DNA of 63,992 bases, filler included, from Candidatus Hydrogenedentota bacterium (GTDB lineage Bacteria; JBFMHD01), in NCBI GenBank assembly GCA_040752395.1. It is 9 parts of 9 records of this genome, joined end to end, with 100 filler letters (N's around TTAATTAATTAA, not from the genome) between each part and the next. Parts side by side here need not be neighbours in the genome. Positions count along the whole stretch, not along the records: positions 6,069 to 11,999 come from JBFMHD010000173.1; positions 12,100 to 18,015 come from JBFMHD010000174.1; positions 18,116 to 23,918 come from JBFMHD010000176.1; 6 more parts are not named here. One strand, written 5' to 3'. The notes under the pieces are model-generated. The model was not told where the DNA came from. It searched no databases and saw only the letters and a list, made by a program, of their open reading frames with translations. The first letter of the stretch is position 1. Every line of letters starts with the position of its first letter. Of this stretch, positions 10,552 to 20,727 are shown piece after piece. The position numbers were made by a program, and so were the translations under genes.

Positions 10552-11538
10552 ATGGATATAAAGTCGTTATTGATAACAAAAGACAGATTTTATGCATCAT
10601 TAAGAACGTTTTTCAAAGAGCAGGGGTTCACCGAGGTCGAAACACCTGTACTCTGTTCTTCACCTGGTGCCGAAGCTCATATCGAAGCCTTCTCTACCAT
10701 CCTTGAATTTAATGACAAAAAAAGAGATATCCGCTACCTTATTAACTCTCCTGAATTCCAGATGAAATCGTTACTTGTTTATTTAGACAAAATTTTCCAG
10801 ATTACTAAATCCTTCAGAAATAAAGAAATATCAAGGCTGCATAACCCTGAATTTACCATACTTGAATGGTATAGAAATCATTCCATAGTGCAGGACTTGA
10901 TATCTGACTCAAAAAATCTAATCTCATTCATATTTAATGAATTCCATATCCCGGGACCGACTCTTGAGATTGTTTCTTATGATAGTTTATTCGAAGAATA
11001 TCTTAACCTCACACCGTCGGATTTTAACTCACTTGACTCGCTACTTGGTTACCTCAATGGTAGTGGCAGAATTCTCCAGAGTCAACATATCCTAAAAAAT
11101 ATTAAAAATTCATCAACACTGGACGAGGCTATTAATATCCTTTATGTAAATTATATCGAGACTATACTACAAAAACAAAAATGGAACGGTATAATATATC
11201 CTTTCCCATCTTTATTCACTACCCTTTCTAAAAATTTTTTGCAAAATCCGGCGTTAGCAGAACGGATGGAGTTATACTTAAATGGTATCGAGATAAGCAA
11301 TGGGTTCTTGGAAATAGATAACTATGAAGATTTTATTAATAGATTAAATGTAATATATAACTATAGACAACAGAATAATTTACCAATATATCCAGTAGAT
11401 GAGAGGTATCTTGAATTGTTAAAAAACAATCTTCTTCCACCGCATTCTGGTATAGCGCTTGGTTGCGACAGACTCCTTATGGTTCTTCTCGGTTCGCATA
11501 ATATCCAGGATATCCTTCCATTCAGTATTGCTGGCTAA
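10552..11538 (+). CDS. epmA: EF-P lysine aminoacylase (LysRS2-like catalytic domain only)
   Basis: Motifs EVETP, YLINSPEFQMK, FRNKE..HNPEFTILEWY, ERMELY..GIEISNGF and GIALGCDRL. No anticodon-binding domain. Confidence 0.85.
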   Translation: MDIKSLLITKDRFYASLRTFFKEQGFTEVETPVLCSSPGAEAHIEAFSTILEFNDKKRDIRYLINSPEFQMKSLLVYLDKIFQITKSFRNKEISRLHNPEFTILEWYRNHSIVQDLISDSKNLISFIFNEFHIPGPTLEIVSYDSLFEEYLNLTPSDFNSLDSLLGYLNGSGRILQSQHILKNIKNSSTLDEAINILYVNYIETILQKQKWNGIIYPFPSLFTTLSKNFLQNPALAERMELYLNGIEISNGFLEIDNYEDFINRLNVIYNYRQQNNLPIYPVDERYLELLKNNLLPPHSGIALGCDRLLMVLLGSHNIQDILPFSIAG

Positions 11539-11728
11539 CTCAACACTACCATATATATTTCTCGAATTATTTTCTTTGCAACTGTTATTTAAGAATACGG
11601 TGGATGAACCTGATGTAAGTGATGAGACCGTACGCTTGTAGTCTGAAGTCGATAATGTAAAATAGGGATTGACTTTTTAATATAAATGATTATAATTATT
11701 ATGAATAAATAATTGGAGATCCTATAAA

Positions 11729-11999
11729 ATGAACCCGATGGATTTTGTCGACGCTTTAAGAAAAGTAATTGTAGAAACCCTTGTACCCGAGATAAGAGAA
11801 TTAAGAGAAGATACTAACTGTAAATTTGAGGCGATACAGAAACAGATGGATGAACGATTTACAGCTATGCAGGAACAGATGGATGAACGATTTACCGCTA
11901 TGCAGAAACAGATGGATGAACGATTTACAGCTATGCAAAAACAGATGGATGAGCGGTTTGCTAAAATGGATGAGAAGTTTGAAAAGTTTGCTATTGCGT
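11729..11999 (+). CDS. Coiled-coil protein with 11-residue repeats (cut by contig end)
   Basis: (QKQMDERFTAM)n with a GGAG SD upstream. Confidence 0.7.
11837..11968 (+). repeat. 33-bp coding tandem repeat, about 4 units
   Basis: CAGAAACAGATGGATGAACGATTTACAGCTATG repeated. Confidence 0.9.
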
Positions 12000-12099
12000 N
12001 NNNNNNNNNNNNNNNNNNNNNNNNNNNNNNNNNNNNNNNNNNNTTAATTAATTAANNNNNNNNNNNNNNNNNNNNNNNNNNNNNNNNNNNNNNNNNNNN

Positions 12100-12220
12100 G
12101 GGGCTCCAGCCGGCTGTAGTCCGTAGCCTGTAGCCTGTCCTGATACCTCTCACTTCTTCCGTTATCTTGCTTCTTGCTTCTACTTGATATTATTAGAGTT
12201 ACAGCGTTTTTCAGAGGAGG
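12100..12220 (+). repeat. Modular intergenic repeat copy (modules B-C-D)
   Basis: CTCCAGCCGGCTGTAG...CTTGCTT...CTACTTGATATTATTAGAGTTACAGCGTTTTTCAGAGGAGG. Confidence 0.9.
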
Positions 12221-13018
12221 TTAATCCCGATGTAGGAACTCTTTTTTATCACACGGATGTGAACAACTAAATATAAAAATATGCCAGGGAAGGCTGTATC
12301 TATCAGGCTGCCGGTTAAGGGATTAGAAATTAACCGGTATAATGCTTTTTAGTAATTTATTATATCAGCCTATAAGATTCTTTGTTTATAGCTTGTCTGC
12401 ACTATATAATAAATTAGTGTGGATCAAAGATTATCATCGAGGCTTTAAACAAAAGAACTATTTTATGGTATATGTTTTTAATAATATTCTGGAAAGGTGC
12501 ACAATAGAAGTGTGCCCAAAGGAAAGGCCATAGATATAGCTATAGCCATAGTGATGATGTTTTTCCATTCACAGTTACTTGTAAAATGTCTTATTTTTGT
12601 AAGTTCGTAATGGTATAATTCATCTATGACCAGGATATGGTCTTTTTAGATGTAACTTCTTTTTGAAAATCCTACAGGGAACTGGATCAAAATACACTTA
12701 AGGGACGCGATACTGGATGATAAGGGACTCATCCGGTACAGGCCGCAGCTTATCTTGTCGCCTGACTCAATGTTAAGGTGTTATAATCATTTTTGAGTCA
12801 GGCGAAAGATATCTGTTTTGGCTAAAAGAGACATTATTACTTATATTGAATTTCTATTTAGCATTTTGCGATAGAAATTCAAAATAATAATGTTTTATAG
12901 TTACAGTAGTATTATGCACGCTAAAAGTGCGGAGAATATGTTTGTAATTAGCGCGGTGGTGCCACTGGCTTATCCGTGGTGCCTTATGGTCAAATACAAA
13001 CAAGGAGGTTGACCTTTT

Positions 13019-13861
13019 ATGGTCCAGATTTCCAATAATCCTACTATGTTCACACGTTTTCAGCTTGAAAAAACAAATTTCGCATTAGAGCGAGACGTGG
13101 AGCAGCTATCTACAGGTAAACGGATTAACAAAGCAGCTGATGATGCTGCGGGTAGCGGCATAGCCACAAAATTGTTGACTCAAGTTAAAGGTGTACATCA
13201 GGCGGTAAAGAATGCAGAAGATGGTTTCACGGTTCTTCAAATTGCAGAGGGTGGTCTACAGGAGATGACCCTTTTTCTACAGAGAGCCCGTGTTCTTGCT
13301 GTAATGGCAGCTAATGACGTTTTAACAACTGCTGATAGGTCCGACATCCAAATTGAAATCGATATGATAAAAGATGAAATAGATAGACTAAGTTCAGTAG
13401 TAAACTTCAATCAGTTCCAACTTTTAAATAGAGAGGGTACTAATGAAGAAGAGGAGACTATCACACTTCACATAGGTCCGAACCAAAACGAAACACTTGA
13501 TTTAAGTCTTAAAGCTGATGCACGAGCCCAGACTTTAGGAATAGATACTTTAGACGTAACAACAAGGGAGAATGCTCAGAATACGATGACTCAGGTTGAT
13601 GATGCCCTAGAGCATATATACGAATTACGTGCACGGATCGGTGCAGAGGAACATCGTCTGGAGGGTGTGCTCATCTCTTTAGACGCTCAACTCAAAAATA
13701 TGATGCGCGCATATTCAGGCATACAAGATGCAGACATAGCCAATGTACTTGTACAATTAACAAGGGACAAGATCGTTCAACAAACAAGCGTTTCAGCAAG
13801 CGCGCAGGCAAATTCGGACTTTAAGAACAGTTTAGGAACAATTGTAAACTTAGTAATGTAA
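13019..13861 (+). CDS. Flagellin (minimal D0/D1 type)
   Basis: Motifs LSTGKRINKAADDAAG, NAEDG...AEGGL, RARIGA and IQDADIA. AGGAGG SD. Confidence 0.93.
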   Translation: MVQISNNPTMFTRFQLEKTNFALERDVEQLSTGKRINKAADDAAGSGIATKLLTQVKGVHQAVKNAEDGFTVLQIAEGGLQEMTLFLQRARVLAVMAANDVLTTADRSDIQIEIDMIKDEIDRLSSVVNFNQFQLLNREGTNEEEETITLHIGPNQNETLDLSLKADARAQTLGIDTLDVTTRENAQNTMTQVDDALEHIYELRARIGAEEHRLEGVLISLDAQLKNMMRAYSGIQDADIANVLVQLTRDKIVQQTSVSASAQANSDFKNSLGTIVNLVM

Positions 13862-13995
13862 GGTAGCAAGTCTACCAAAAGTTAAGTGACATTAACACTT
13901 GCATTTCTGGAAAATCAAGCCATTTCCAGGAAAGAGCGTGACCTCAGTTTGCTTAAAGATTAAGTCGTTTTGAAAATCCCACAGTTTTATATATT

Positions 13996-14038
13996 AAGGA
14001 ATCCCCGTTGAAAAAGTTTTCTTCGGGGATTTCTTTTT
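13996..14038 (+). terminator. Probable intrinsic terminator between convergent genes
   Basis: AAGGAATCCCCG...CGGGGATTTCTT stem followed by a T-run. Confidence 0.6.
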
Positions 14039-14112
14039 AGTAACGTTACTACCCGACTCTGCTAAAAAATTGCAAGTTCTTCATCCGTTGCGTAGAAAGA
14101 ATGGGCTAATAC

Positions 14113-14331
14113 CTATTCTGCTGGTAAAAGCTCTTCAAGTGATTTCAGAACCTGTCGGCATTGATTCAGTCCGAGCCATATACCCTTTTTTGTTGGTTTC
14201 ATTTCGTTCGCATCGGTATAGAAAAATCTTCTAATATCTATGCCTCTTTTTTCATTAAATTCTGATTGTCGTAATACTATAGGATTTTTTGAATCCACAT
14301 TTATCACAACTTGTTTTTCAAACCCTGGCAT
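14113..14331 (-). CDS. PC4/YdbC-like ssDNA-binding protein
   Basis: Motif IDIRRFFY...MKPTKKGIWL. SD supplied by repeat module D. Confidence 0.85.
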   Translation of the reverse strand: MPGFEKQVVINVDSKNPIVLRQSEFNEKRGIDIRRFFYTDANEMKPTKKGIWLGLNQCRQVLKSLEELLPAE

Positions 14332-14340
14332 TGTTATCAC

Positions 14341-14710
14341 CTCCTCCTCTGAAAAACTTTGTAACTATAATAATATCAAGTAGAAGCAAGAAGCAAGATA
14401 ACGGAAGAAGTGAGAGGTATCAGGACAGGCTACAGGCTACGGACTACAGCCGGCTGGAGCCAAAAGCCAAAAGCCTCCTGAAAAGTCTTGAGTCTTGAGT
14501 CTCGAGTCCTGTTTTGACTCACGACTTGCGACTTGTGACTCTTTTCATATCATCTTTAGTTTTTCATCCTTTGTGTAGAGCGCAAACCGCGCTCATGAGT
14601 ACTCCTATGATAAAATGAGAAATATAGAAGACAGGGGCAGGAGGAAAAGGCATAAAGTTAAATTCAAAATTCAAAATTAAAAATTAGAAGACAGGAGACA
14701 GGAGACAGAA
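14341..14710 (-). repeat. Modular intergenic repeat, near-complete copy (F-A-B-C-D plus TTCAAAA/AGGAGAC tracts)
   Basis: Reverse complement of the 33698-34034 copy, with different unit numbers. Confidence 0.9.
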
Positions 14711-14729
14711 GTAAAAATTGGTTTTGTTA

Positions 14730-15671
14730 TTATCTCCCAAACTTATAACCAGCAGAGACACGATGCGAGTCACCTAAATCCCCCATCGGTAAGAAAGCAT
14801 AGTCCAGGGTGAACGATTGATAACGGATACCACAGCCAAGTGTTAAACCATCGTCTGCATCAGTTAATGCCTGACTATAGCCTGCACGTAACGCTAAACT
14901 ATTAAGAACCCACCACTCTAAGCCGCTATTAAACCTTAATTCATTATCCGTTGGATAATTTAAATCAGCAACCCATAAAACGCGACCAGCTCTTAACCTG
15001 TATGCAAGCCCAAGTTTGAAATTTAATGGTAGATCATCTTTTTGGTTTATGAATCTTATTTTCTTTCCGATGTTCTGGATTGAGCCACCGATACTTAAAT
15101 TCTCGTATTTTGAAGGGAGATATATAAAACCGAGATCACAAGCAAATGATGAAGCATCCTCGTCTTCAAGCTCCTCTGCAATATATTTAAAAGTCAAGCC
15201 CAGATTCAGCTGTTTCTTATAGCAAATCGCATAGGATAACATACAAGCTAAATCATTTGCTCCAAAAGTACCTGCATTGGTGCTCAACACCTGACCTAAT
15301 ACGGTCTCAGTAGTTCTTATTTGCTCGCCAGCATCAAGATAAGTTAACCCGATAGCCCATCCACCATCCCATCGTTTCGCTGGTAGTGCAACCGAAACAA
15401 AATTCTGCTCTATATCAACAATGGAATCATTATATTGAAACGCTACATCAATATTATTAACATTAGCAAGACCTGCGGGATTCCAGTAGATAGATAACGC
15501 ATCACCATAGACCCCGGCATACGCCTCACCCATAGAACTCGGTCTTGCACCAACACAGATTTTTAAAAACTGTGCACCTGATGTCCCTGCATCTTTGTCA
15601 ATAGCGATTAAAGCGGGTGAGATAACTAAAAAGTAAGAAATAAAGAGCCATGCTGATAATGGTCTTCTCAT
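14730..15671 (-). CDS. PorV/PorQ-like (UPF0164) outer-membrane beta-barrel protein
   Basis: Signal peptide, GAQFLKI.VGAR..SMGEA, YWNPAGLA and C-terminal DYAF..MGDLGDSHRVS. Confidence 0.85.
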   Translation of the reverse strand: MRRPLSAWLFISYFLVISPALIAIDKDAGTSGAQFLKICVGARPSSMGEAYAGVYGDALSIYWNPAGLANVNNIDVAFQYNDSIVDIEQNFVSVALPAKRWDGGWAIGLTYLDAGEQIRTTETVLGQVLSTNAGTFGANDLACMLSYAICYKKQLNLGLTFKYIAEELEDEDASSFACDLGFIYLPSKYENLSIGGSIQNIGKKIRFINQKDDLPLNFKLGLAYRLRAGRVLWVADLNYPTDNELRFNSGLEWWVLNSLALRAGYSQALTDADDGLTLGCGIRYQSFTLDYAFLPMGDLGDSHRVSAGYKFGR

Positions 15672-15787
15672 TTTTAATCCTTATTAAATCTCCCCAATTT
15701 TAATTATATACTATTTCTTACTATTTTTCAAGTAAATATTACAAAAATTTGTAATCCCCCACTTAGTCCACTACTCTTTTCATTTAA

Positions 15788-15931
15788 TTAGATTTTCTGC
15801 GTAAAGATAAGATTTACAGATTTATCAACCTGTTCAACATATTTTGTAAAATTTTCAATTATATCATTGATGTTATCAAATACAATCTTGTCTTTAATAT
15901 CAGTGTACTCGTGCACAAGTCTGTTTCTAAG
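15788..15931 (-). pseudogene. HepT/DUF86 (HEPN) toxin C-terminal remnant
   Basis: LRNRLVHEYTDIKDKIVFDNI... carries the RX4H motif, preceded directly by an in-frame TAA. Confidence 0.65.
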
Positions 15932-16146
15932 TTAATAATCTCTTTTTTCATGCTGGTTTTGATTCTAAAACAAAATCGTTAATGTATGTGTCTTTCAATT
16001 ATGGTCAGAAATTACACAAAAAAGTCTGATGTATAGGAGTCTTAAGTGAGAGTGTCTGAACCATAGTTATCAAGTTAATATACTGATTTAATATTTAGTC
16101 TCAATCACTTTTCGTTCATAAAAACCAGAACTGTCCCGGTTTGTCT

Positions 16147-18015
16147 TTATGGTATAATGTCGTCTTTATCAAACTTCTGATCAACGCCGTCAAACCTGAA
16201 ATCAGGGTATCTGTCCTTGCATTCCTCCTGGAACGAAAGAACTGCAAACTCTACACTCCCGACCTTTTTAGTAAACCGAACAACAACATTAAGCTTTTTC
16301 TCAAGCTCAATGCTCGTACCATCTCTTATTACACCTTTAGATATAATTCTAAAATATCCATTAGAAGTAAATCTTATAACAGGGCTCGTGATAAAATCTT
16401 TCATATCTGCTTCGCTAATACTCCCACGCCTTCTCATTAGATCAGACCTGTCTGTGATATAATTATCATCAGCGGTTCCCTCAATACCATCAGGTCCAAG
16501 TCTCGCTATCGCAATTGTATCACCAATAGTCCCACTACCTGCTTCATATATTGCTATGCCCCTTAAAAGCGGCGTATCTGCGGTGTTTAAATTAATAAAT
16601 GTATCTTGCTGTAAACAATACGGGTTTAAAAAACAAACATCTTTCTGGTCAACGTTACCAACACACGCGATATCAGCCTGTGTTTCCCATGGTTTATAAT
16701 TAACTATCTCATTTACATCAGTAACGGTCCCAAATTGGTCAGGACTGAGTGCAGCGAGAATTTCACAATATATAGAACTCGCGATAAAAGTCGTACTATT
16801 TACAGGTACACCAGCAGAGCAATCTATAACATTAACCAGAACCTCGATATCATCATCGAAATCAACCGAGAGAGGAGCAGCCTTACCCTGTGCATCGCGT
16901 GTAAAATTAATCCCTTTGCCAGTACCATTGCCGTACCCATAAAAGAACATAGGTTCTACAGCATAGCCAGGTGTACCACCTTGATAAAGACTTCGTCTCC
17001 AAGCTAATTTATCAGCGTCCCAGCCAAGTACCACATCACCATTTACATAAAACATATTCTCTCTTTCATCTGAATATTTACCACTGCTATATCCATCAAA
17101 ATCACTCGTTTTATTCATAATATCAACACGACCACCAGTATCAAAAAGTTCAACCTTGAGGTTCGCAGTTGTATTCATAGCCTTAGATGAACCTGATGTA
17201 TTTAAAGTATGAAGTCCTGTACAACCAGTGGTTAAATATACAACCCCTCTGGTACAGGTTATCTCATTTGGTGAACCAACGCTCGACTTAATATTAAAGA
17301 TAAAATTTATATCAGCATTTCTGCCAAAAACCATCCCAACACCACGGGCCGGGATAACTGTATTGGTGTAACCGGTAAAAGCTCTAAGACCTGTCTCAGT
17401 AGCGCCATCTACTTTTATTTTATAATTTTTTGCATCAATACTTTCATCAGTATTATTATATAACTCGATATATTGATAATTCTCAAGTGTTTGAGAAACA
17501 CTCGACCCTATATTAATAAGTCCTGAGGTTTCAAAACCCGTGTTTATACTCCCAGGTGTATTAGTGGTCAAAACCCATCCACTGCCGTCATCACCATCAA
17601 CATTATTAGGAGCCTGTAAGCCATTAGCACCTCCTGCTGGAGTTACGTGTAAATAATTAGATTGAGTAGGCGAACCGGTCCTTGTAAGTCCCGGATAACT
17701 ATTCGGTTCACTTCCCCAGGCCACAGCATCAATAATATTACCGGCAGCATCCTTAAGTACAATATAATCACCCGGACCATCCTGTAAGTTTGTTGATGAA
17801 AGAGTAGCATCTGCATTAGGAGTGCCTGCATCCCCGGCAACATAAAATCCAAGCTGATCACCTTCATTATTGGTAATGCCATCATTAGGTATAGTAAATG
17901 CTGCTATAGTATGAGTAAATTGCAATGCAGCGTCTTGGTTATAATGTATAATTTTATAATTCTGCAGATTGATGCCGGTTATACCAATAAGCTCTACAAA
18001 CTCTTCGGTACCAGC
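16147..18015 (-). CDS. Large exported protein with lamin-tail-like domains and a GspK/PulK-like C-terminus (N-terminus cut by contig end)
   Basis: Frame is open to 18015 (EEFVELIG). LTD-like motifs YIELYN and IIDAVAW; GspK-like motifs INLNTA..LRGI, GPDGIEGTADD and FRIISKG. Confidence 0.6.
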   Translation of the reverse strand, partial: AGTEEFVELIGITGINLQNYKIIHYNQDAALQFTHTIAAFTIPNDGITNNEGDQLGFYVAGDAGTPNADATLSSTNLQDGPGDYIVLKDAAGNIIDAVAWGSEPNSYPGLTRTGSPTQSNYLHVTPAGGANGLQAPNNVDGDDGSGWVLTTNTPGSINTGFETSGLINIGSSVSQTLENYQYIELYNNTDESIDAKNYKIKVDGATETGLRAFTGYTNTVIPARGVGMVFGRNADINFIFNIKSSVGSPNEITCTRGVVYLTTGCTGLHTLNTSGSSKAMNTTANLKVELFDTGGRVDIMNKTSDFDGYSSGKYSDERENMFYVNGDVVLGWDADKLAWRRSLYQGGTPGYAVEPMFFYGYGNGTGKGINFTRDAQGKAAPLSVDFDDDIEVLVNVIDCSAGVPVNSTTFIASSIYCEILAALSPDQFGTVTDVNEIVNYKPWETQADIACVGNVDQKDVCFLNPYCLQQDTFINLNTADTPLLRGIAIYEAGSGTIGDTIAIARLGPDGIEGTADDNYITDRSDLMRRRGSISEADMKDFITSPVIRFTSNGYFRIISKGVIRDGTSIELEKKLNVVVRFTKKVGSVEFAVLSFQEECKDRYPDFRFDGVDQKFDKDDIIP

Positions 18016-18124
18016 NNNNNNNNNNNNNNNNNNNNNNNNNNNNNNNNNNNNNNNNNNNNTTAATTAATTAANNNNNNNNNNNNNNNNNNNNNNNNNNNNN
18101 NNNNNNNNNNNNNNNAGGCTTGCC

Positions 18125-19072
18125 GTGGGAAACAAGCACCAACAAGGACGCAAGGTGCTTATTATAAAAATCGGGTTCTCAGAGTTTCTTGATAATCGGG
18201 TTGAAACAACGATAAGTTTAGGAGACATTTTAAGAAGTACCTGTATTTTACATCTTTTTAGAAACGATGATGTCACTCTTCTAACAGCTAAAGAGGGGCT
18301 GATCCTGTTAGAAGGTAACCCTTATATAAAGCGACTCCTTACCTATGATTTAACAACAATTCTCCAACTTCAGGCTGAACATTTTGATATCGTCGTTAAT
18401 CTTGAAAAAGTGCCTGGTATCTGCGCATTTTGTGATTCTATTACCGCATGGCAAAAATATGGGTTCAGATTTAATGTGATAACAGGTAATATCGAAGCTT
18501 ATCAGGGAGCAGATACTGTTCTCTATTTAAGTCAAAGTATGAGATTGAAAAAAAGAACCACAGAATATTACCAGTACTTTTTATTCGATCTTGTTGGTAA
18601 GAAATGGAATAAAGAAGAATATATTTTAGGATATAAACCAAAGTCTAAAATAATATATGATATTGGCTTTAATTATGCGGTTGGACCCAAATGGCCATCA
18701 AAGGCATGGAGTATTGAAAACTGGAAGCAACTTGAAAAACTCCTGCAGAATAAATATTCGATATGCTGGCAGAAAGGGTTATCAAATCTTGCGGAATATA
18801 TCGAGTGGCTGAACTCCTGTCGTATCATTATAACAAACGATAGTCTTGGTTTACATCTTGGCCTTTGCTTAAAGAAAAAAATTATAGCTCTTTTTGGTCC
18901 TACCTTTGATACAGAAGTTTATATGTATAATTGTGGTATAAAATTACTACCAATGACAAATAGAAAATGTCTTCCCTGTATGCAGCCTTATTGTAAATAC
19001 AAAATTAATTGTATTGATTTAATAAAACCTGAAAGAGTAGCAACGGCTGTATCTGATATTACAAAAATATAG
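18125..19072 (+). CDS. GT9 (ADP-heptose:LPS heptosyltransferase-like) glycosyltransferase
   Basis: Motifs SLGDILRST, WPSKAW and ITNDSLGLHL...ALFGPT. The start may lie beyond the contig edge. Confidence 0.85.
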   Translation: MGNKHQQGRKVLIIKIGFSEFLDNRVETTISLGDILRSTCILHLFRNDDVTLLTAKEGLILLEGNPYIKRLLTYDLTTILQLQAEHFDIVVNLEKVPGICAFCDSITAWQKYGFRFNVITGNIEAYQGADTVLYLSQSMRLKKRTTEYYQYFLFDLVGKKWNKEEYILGYKPKSKIIYDIGFNYAVGPKWPSKAWSIENWKQLEKLLQNKYSICWQKGLSNLAEYIEWLNSCRIIITNDSLGLHLGLCLKKKIIALFGPTFDTEVYMYNCGIKLLPMTNRKCLPCMQPYCKYKINCIDLIKPERVATAVSDITKI

Positions 19073-19074
19073 AT

Positions 19075-19196
19075 TAAAAATTCAAAATTCAAAATTAGAA
19101 GTAGTGAGGGTCACAAGACCCTCACCACTTCGAAAAACGCTGTAACTCTAATAATTCGGGCTACAGGCTACGGACTACAGCCGGCTGGAGCCCGAA
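19075..19196 (-). repeat. Modular repeat copy (B plus SD-less D) fused to a hairpin between convergent genes
   Basis: Hairpin GAAGTAGTGAGGGTC-ACAA-GACCCTCACCACTTC. Module D ends TTTTTCGAAGTGG rather than CAGAGGAGG. Confidence 0.8.
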
Positions 19197-19220
19197 GCGA
19201 TAAACAGGGTTTTAAGAAAA

Positions 19221-20588
19221 CTAAATAAATGTTAAAATCCAAAATGCAATAGACGTTATAAAAAAATAGACAACAAACACCACAAGTAGCCATCCCATAA
19301 TTTCCTTGAACTCAAGTTTGGCAACTGCAAGCATCGCTATCGCCCAGAACGGCTGTATCATATCTGTAAGCATATCGCCCCAGGCATAGGTTATAACTGT
19401 CTTCCATAACTCTATTCCAAGTTGTTTTGAAGCCGGGATTAAATACGGTGCTGTAACAGCCCATTCAGAACCGCCAGAAGGTATAAGATAATTAAGGCCA
19501 CCTGCATACCAATAGATAATTAAAAGAAACGATTTTGATGAACATATTGTTACAAAAAGTTCTGTAAAAAATGTTGCTAAAGCTGTGAATTTGAATAGCC
19601 CGAATATACCTGCATAAAAAGGGAACTGTATTATCACACCCCAGACTGTTTTCCCAGCTTCCTCACAAGCTTTAAGAAAACTCCGGGGGCTATAGTGTAA
19701 GAGTAACCCGATTATCAAAAAAATAAAATTTACTGTATTTAATGTAAGCCCGCCTTTTTCTATAAAAAAATAATTCACAAGCCAGATAATACCAATACAG
19801 GAAAAAATCAGATTAAACCCGGGCCACCAGTTGAGCCACTCTGAAGGTGTAAGTTTTCCTTTTGGTTTCTCAACAGCTTCATAAAGTTTTAATTGTTCTA
19901 AAAGTTCTTGTTTTAAAATAAATGTATTCTCCGGTTTGGGATGCATTCCTGCCATAAGTAAAGAAATGACCACAGTAATTATCAAAGTTAGAATTAAATT
20001 AAAAAGAGAGAATATGGTCTCTGTTGTTGGAATAACATTTTCCAGGATGTTTGATTTTATAAGAAAATTATCCGGGGTTGCAACAATAAGTGTTGCAGAG
20101 CCGGAAAGACCTGAATGCCAGGTGCAACCAAGCCCAAGATATGCTGCTGCAATTAGAAGTCTGTAATCCACTTTTGGATTTCTCTTTACTATAAAAAGTG
20201 CAAACATTGCAGAACCGATCAGACTTAAGCCCCAGTTAAGCCAGGCCAAAATCATAGAAAATAAAGCCATTAAGAGAACTGCTTGATACGGTTTATCAGG
20301 GTTAGGGATTGCTGAGACTCTATCCATAATTCTTCTTACTGGTGGTGAGACAGCAAAGATATAACCAGTCATCATTATAAGACACATCTGCATAGCAAAT
20401 TCCAAAAGAAACCAGAACCCATCACCCCACGCTTTTATACTCCCCATTAATGATGTATCTCCCCATATAAGTGCCAGGATAAATGTTACGACACTTAAAA
20501 TTATTACAATAACAAAAGAATCCGGCATCCATTTCTGAGTGAACTTTGTGAACTTATCACCAAGTATTCTCAAAAAATCAATAAACAC
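19221..20588 (-). CDS. atoE: Short-chain fatty acid transporter (AtoE family)
   Basis: Motifs WMPDSF, FAMQM, LNWGLSL, QFPFYAGIFG, IPSGGSEW and MIQPFWA. Confidence 0.85.
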   Translation of the reverse strand: MFIDFLRILGDKFTKFTQKWMPDSFVIVIILSVVTFILALIWGDTSLMGSIKAWGDGFWFLLEFAMQMCLIMMTGYIFAVSPPVRRIMDRVSAIPNPDKPYQAVLLMALFSMILAWLNWGLSLIGSAMFALFIVKRNPKVDYRLLIAAAYLGLGCTWHSGLSGSATLIVATPDNFLIKSNILENVIPTTETIFSLFNLILTLIITVVISLLMAGMHPKPENTFILKQELLEQLKLYEAVEKPKGKLTPSEWLNWWPGFNLIFSCIGIIWLVNYFFIEKGGLTLNTVNFIFLIIGLLLHYSPRSFLKACEEAGKTVWGVIIQFPFYAGIFGLFKFTALATFFTELFVTICSSKSFLLIIYWYAGGLNYLIPSGGSEWAVTAPYLIPASKQLGIELWKTVITYAWGDMLTDMIQPFWAIAMLAVAKLEFKEIMGWLLVVFVVYFFITSIAFWILTFI

Positions 20589-20727
20589 GTTTTGCTCCCA
20601 TTAAAATATCAGAATAAATAAAAATAGAAAAAGGGTCAAACATTTTTTCTTGCTCTATATTATCCAACTTTTGTAATATATAAATGAGAGTAAACCTCAC
20701 ATCTATGTACAGATGTGGAGGTAAAAT

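Noticed and set aside
14289-14498. Small ORFs lying in repeat copies (also 29395-29718, 44411-44809, 61722-61910)
   Set aside because: Chance open frames through repeats or antisense to real genes.
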